Shown: positions 33,515 to 34,336 of the stretch, in pieces
How the letters are laid out: each line of letters begins with the position of its first letter
How positions within the stretch are numbered: the first letter of the stretch is position 1
Source of the DNA: Candidatus Goldiibacteriota bacterium
GTDB taxonomy: Bacteria > Oederibacteriota > PGYV01 > DSYL01
Direction of reading: 5' to 3'
Assembly: GCA_026414685.1 (NCBI GenBank)
Contig: JAOAIN010000069.1
Coordinates: 1-34,336, forward strand
DNA: 34,336 nt
Made by a program: the position numbers and the translations under genes
The notes under the pieces: generated by a model
The model's database searches: none
Told to the model about the DNA's origin: nothing
Seen by the model: only the letters and a program-made list of their open reading frames with translations

Positions 33515-34336
33515 TGAGAAAAATAAGAAAAACAAAAATTATAGCAACAATAGGTCCTGCAACATCTTCTTATACTTCTATATACAAGTTAATAAAAAGT
33601 GGAGTTGATATATTTCGTTTAAATTTCTCCCATGGCGATCATGCTTTTTTTCTTAACGTCATTTTAAATATAAAAAAAGCGAGAGAAAAATTAAAGCGTC
33701 CAATAGCAATTATGCAGGATCTGCAAGGACCTAAGATACGTATTGGTAATCTTCCCCATGAGTTTGATGTGAAACGTGGCGATGAAATTATAATAAAAAA
33801 TACAAAAGAAAATTTAAAAGATAGAGAAATATATATTGATATAAATGGTTTATATAAATATATAAAAAAAGGACAAAAAATATTAATAAACGATGGTATT
33901 GTTGAATTGAAAGTGAAAGATATAAAGCATAAAGATATTATTTGTGTTGTTATAAATGGGGGAGAAATTAAATCAAGAAAGGGTGTAAATCTACCTAATG
34001 TAAAACTTCCTATCCCAGCACTTACTAAAAAAGACATGAAGGATTTAAAATTTGGCTTAAAAATGGGTGTTGATGTTATTTGTCTTTCATTTGTTCGTGA
34101 TGCTTATGATTTGATAAAATTAAAAAGATATATTAATACACCATATCCACTTATAATTGCAAAGATTGAAAAACCAGAAGCTTTAAAACAGATAGATAAA
34201 ATACTGAATTTCTGTGATGGTATAATGGTAGCACGCGGTGACTTGGCAGTGGAAGCTGGTTTTAGTAAAATACCTTTCGCCCAGAAAACGCTTATAACCA
34301 AGGCAAATGAAAAAGGAAAAATTGTAATAGTTGCAA
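33514..34336 (+). CDS. pyk: Pyruvate kinase, N-terminal 274 codons (3' end outside the window); not in the supplied ORF track
   Basis: ATG 33514 overlaps the cutA stop (TAATG). My translation is MRKIRKTKIIATIGPATSS..GVDIFRLNFSHGDH..RPIAIMQDLQGPKIRIG..ILINDGIVELKV..GGEIKSRKGVNLPN..PALTKKDMKDLKFGLKMGVDVICLSFVR..IIAKIEKPEAL..DGIMVARGDLAVE. The frame is open to nt 34336. The track ORFs 33639-34037(-) and 34104-34301(-) are antisense artefacts. Confidence 0.95.
   Translation, partial: MRKIRKTKIIATIGPATSSYTSIYKLIKSGVDIFRLNFSHGDHAFFLNVILNIKKAREKLKRPIAIMQDLQGPKIRIGNLPHEFDVKRGDEIIIKNTKENLKDREIYIDINGLYKYIKKGQKILINDGIVELKVKDIKHKDIICVVINGGEIKSRKGVNLPNVKLPIPALTKKDMKDLKFGLKMGVDVICLSFVRDAYDLIKLKRYINTPYPLIIAKIEKPEALKQIDKILNFCDGIMVARGDLAVEAGFSKIPFAQKTLITKANEKGKIVIVA

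Noticed and set aside
33639-34301. Two minus-strand track ORFs (33639-34037 and 34104-34301)
   Set aside because: Both lie antisense to an unmistakable pyruvate kinase reading frame. That frame is missing from the track only because it has no stop inside the window.
1-34336. Alternative genetic code (UGA recoding, as in some AT-rich candidate phyla)
   Set aside because: Genes ending in TGA (e.g. at 3289, 18042 and 29745) have normal family lengths and sit in ATGA coupling junctions. No housekeeping ORF looks truncated under the standard code.
1-34336. CRISPR arrays, tRNA/rRNA/tmRNA, IS elements, integrases and prophage genes
   Set aside because: I found no regularly spaced direct repeats, no GC-rich cloverleaf-like segments in the intergenic regions, and no transposase, integrase or phage-like ORFs.

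Overview
Strongly AT-rich, tightly packed bacterial chromosome segment. G+C was not computed; by eye it is well under one third. There are about 30 protein genes in five strand blocks (+ 1-12420, - 12423-18476, + 18567-28276, - 28813-31258, + 31718-34336). Many gene junctions overlap by 1-11 nt (ATGA, TAATG). The standard genetic code fits, and most genes have Shine-Dalgarno sites. Envelope content: a cargo protein with a T9SS/FlgD-Ig-type C-terminal domain, a PorV-like barrel fused to Ig repeats and OmpA_C, a TolB-like lipoprotein, a TPR protein, a YfhO-type GT-C, a duplicated O-antigen-ligase/TPR giant, a DPPRS-like UbiA prenyltransferase and a CBM-like lipoprotein. Redox content: a PDO-thioredoxin fusion plus TrxB. 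Housekeeping content: MazG, AroQ, dGTPase-like HD protein, acyl-CoA ligase, NadE, DUF523/TudS, CutA and pyruvate kinase. Regulators: a LacI-family repressor and a GGDEF cyclase. I saw no rRNA, tRNA, CRISPR array, transposase, integrase or phage gene, and no canonical defence system. Corrections to the ORF track: an unlisted 54-aa zinc-ribbon gene on the minus strand (785-949); an unlisted 5' part of pyruvate kinase (33514-34336, runs off the window); and shorter true starts for aroQ, the pfkB-family kinase, the lipoprotein, dgt and the coiled-coil gene, each supported by SD sites, promoters or ATGA coupling. Most worth a second look: (1) the tight coiled-coil / dGTPase-like / radical-SAM-SPASM operon; (2) stand-alone DUF2156 (MprF synthase-like) coupled to an ABC-2 exporter; (3) the PfkB-kinase / DPPRS-like UbiA / lipoprotein operon; (4) the PorV-like-Ig-OmpA fusion in a Pal/TolB/CpoB-like trio with a candidate LacI operator; (5) a 536-bp convergent spacer with strand-skewed composition in a genome where another convergent pair is 2 bp apart. 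All functional calls rest on motif recognition by eye. No database search was run.
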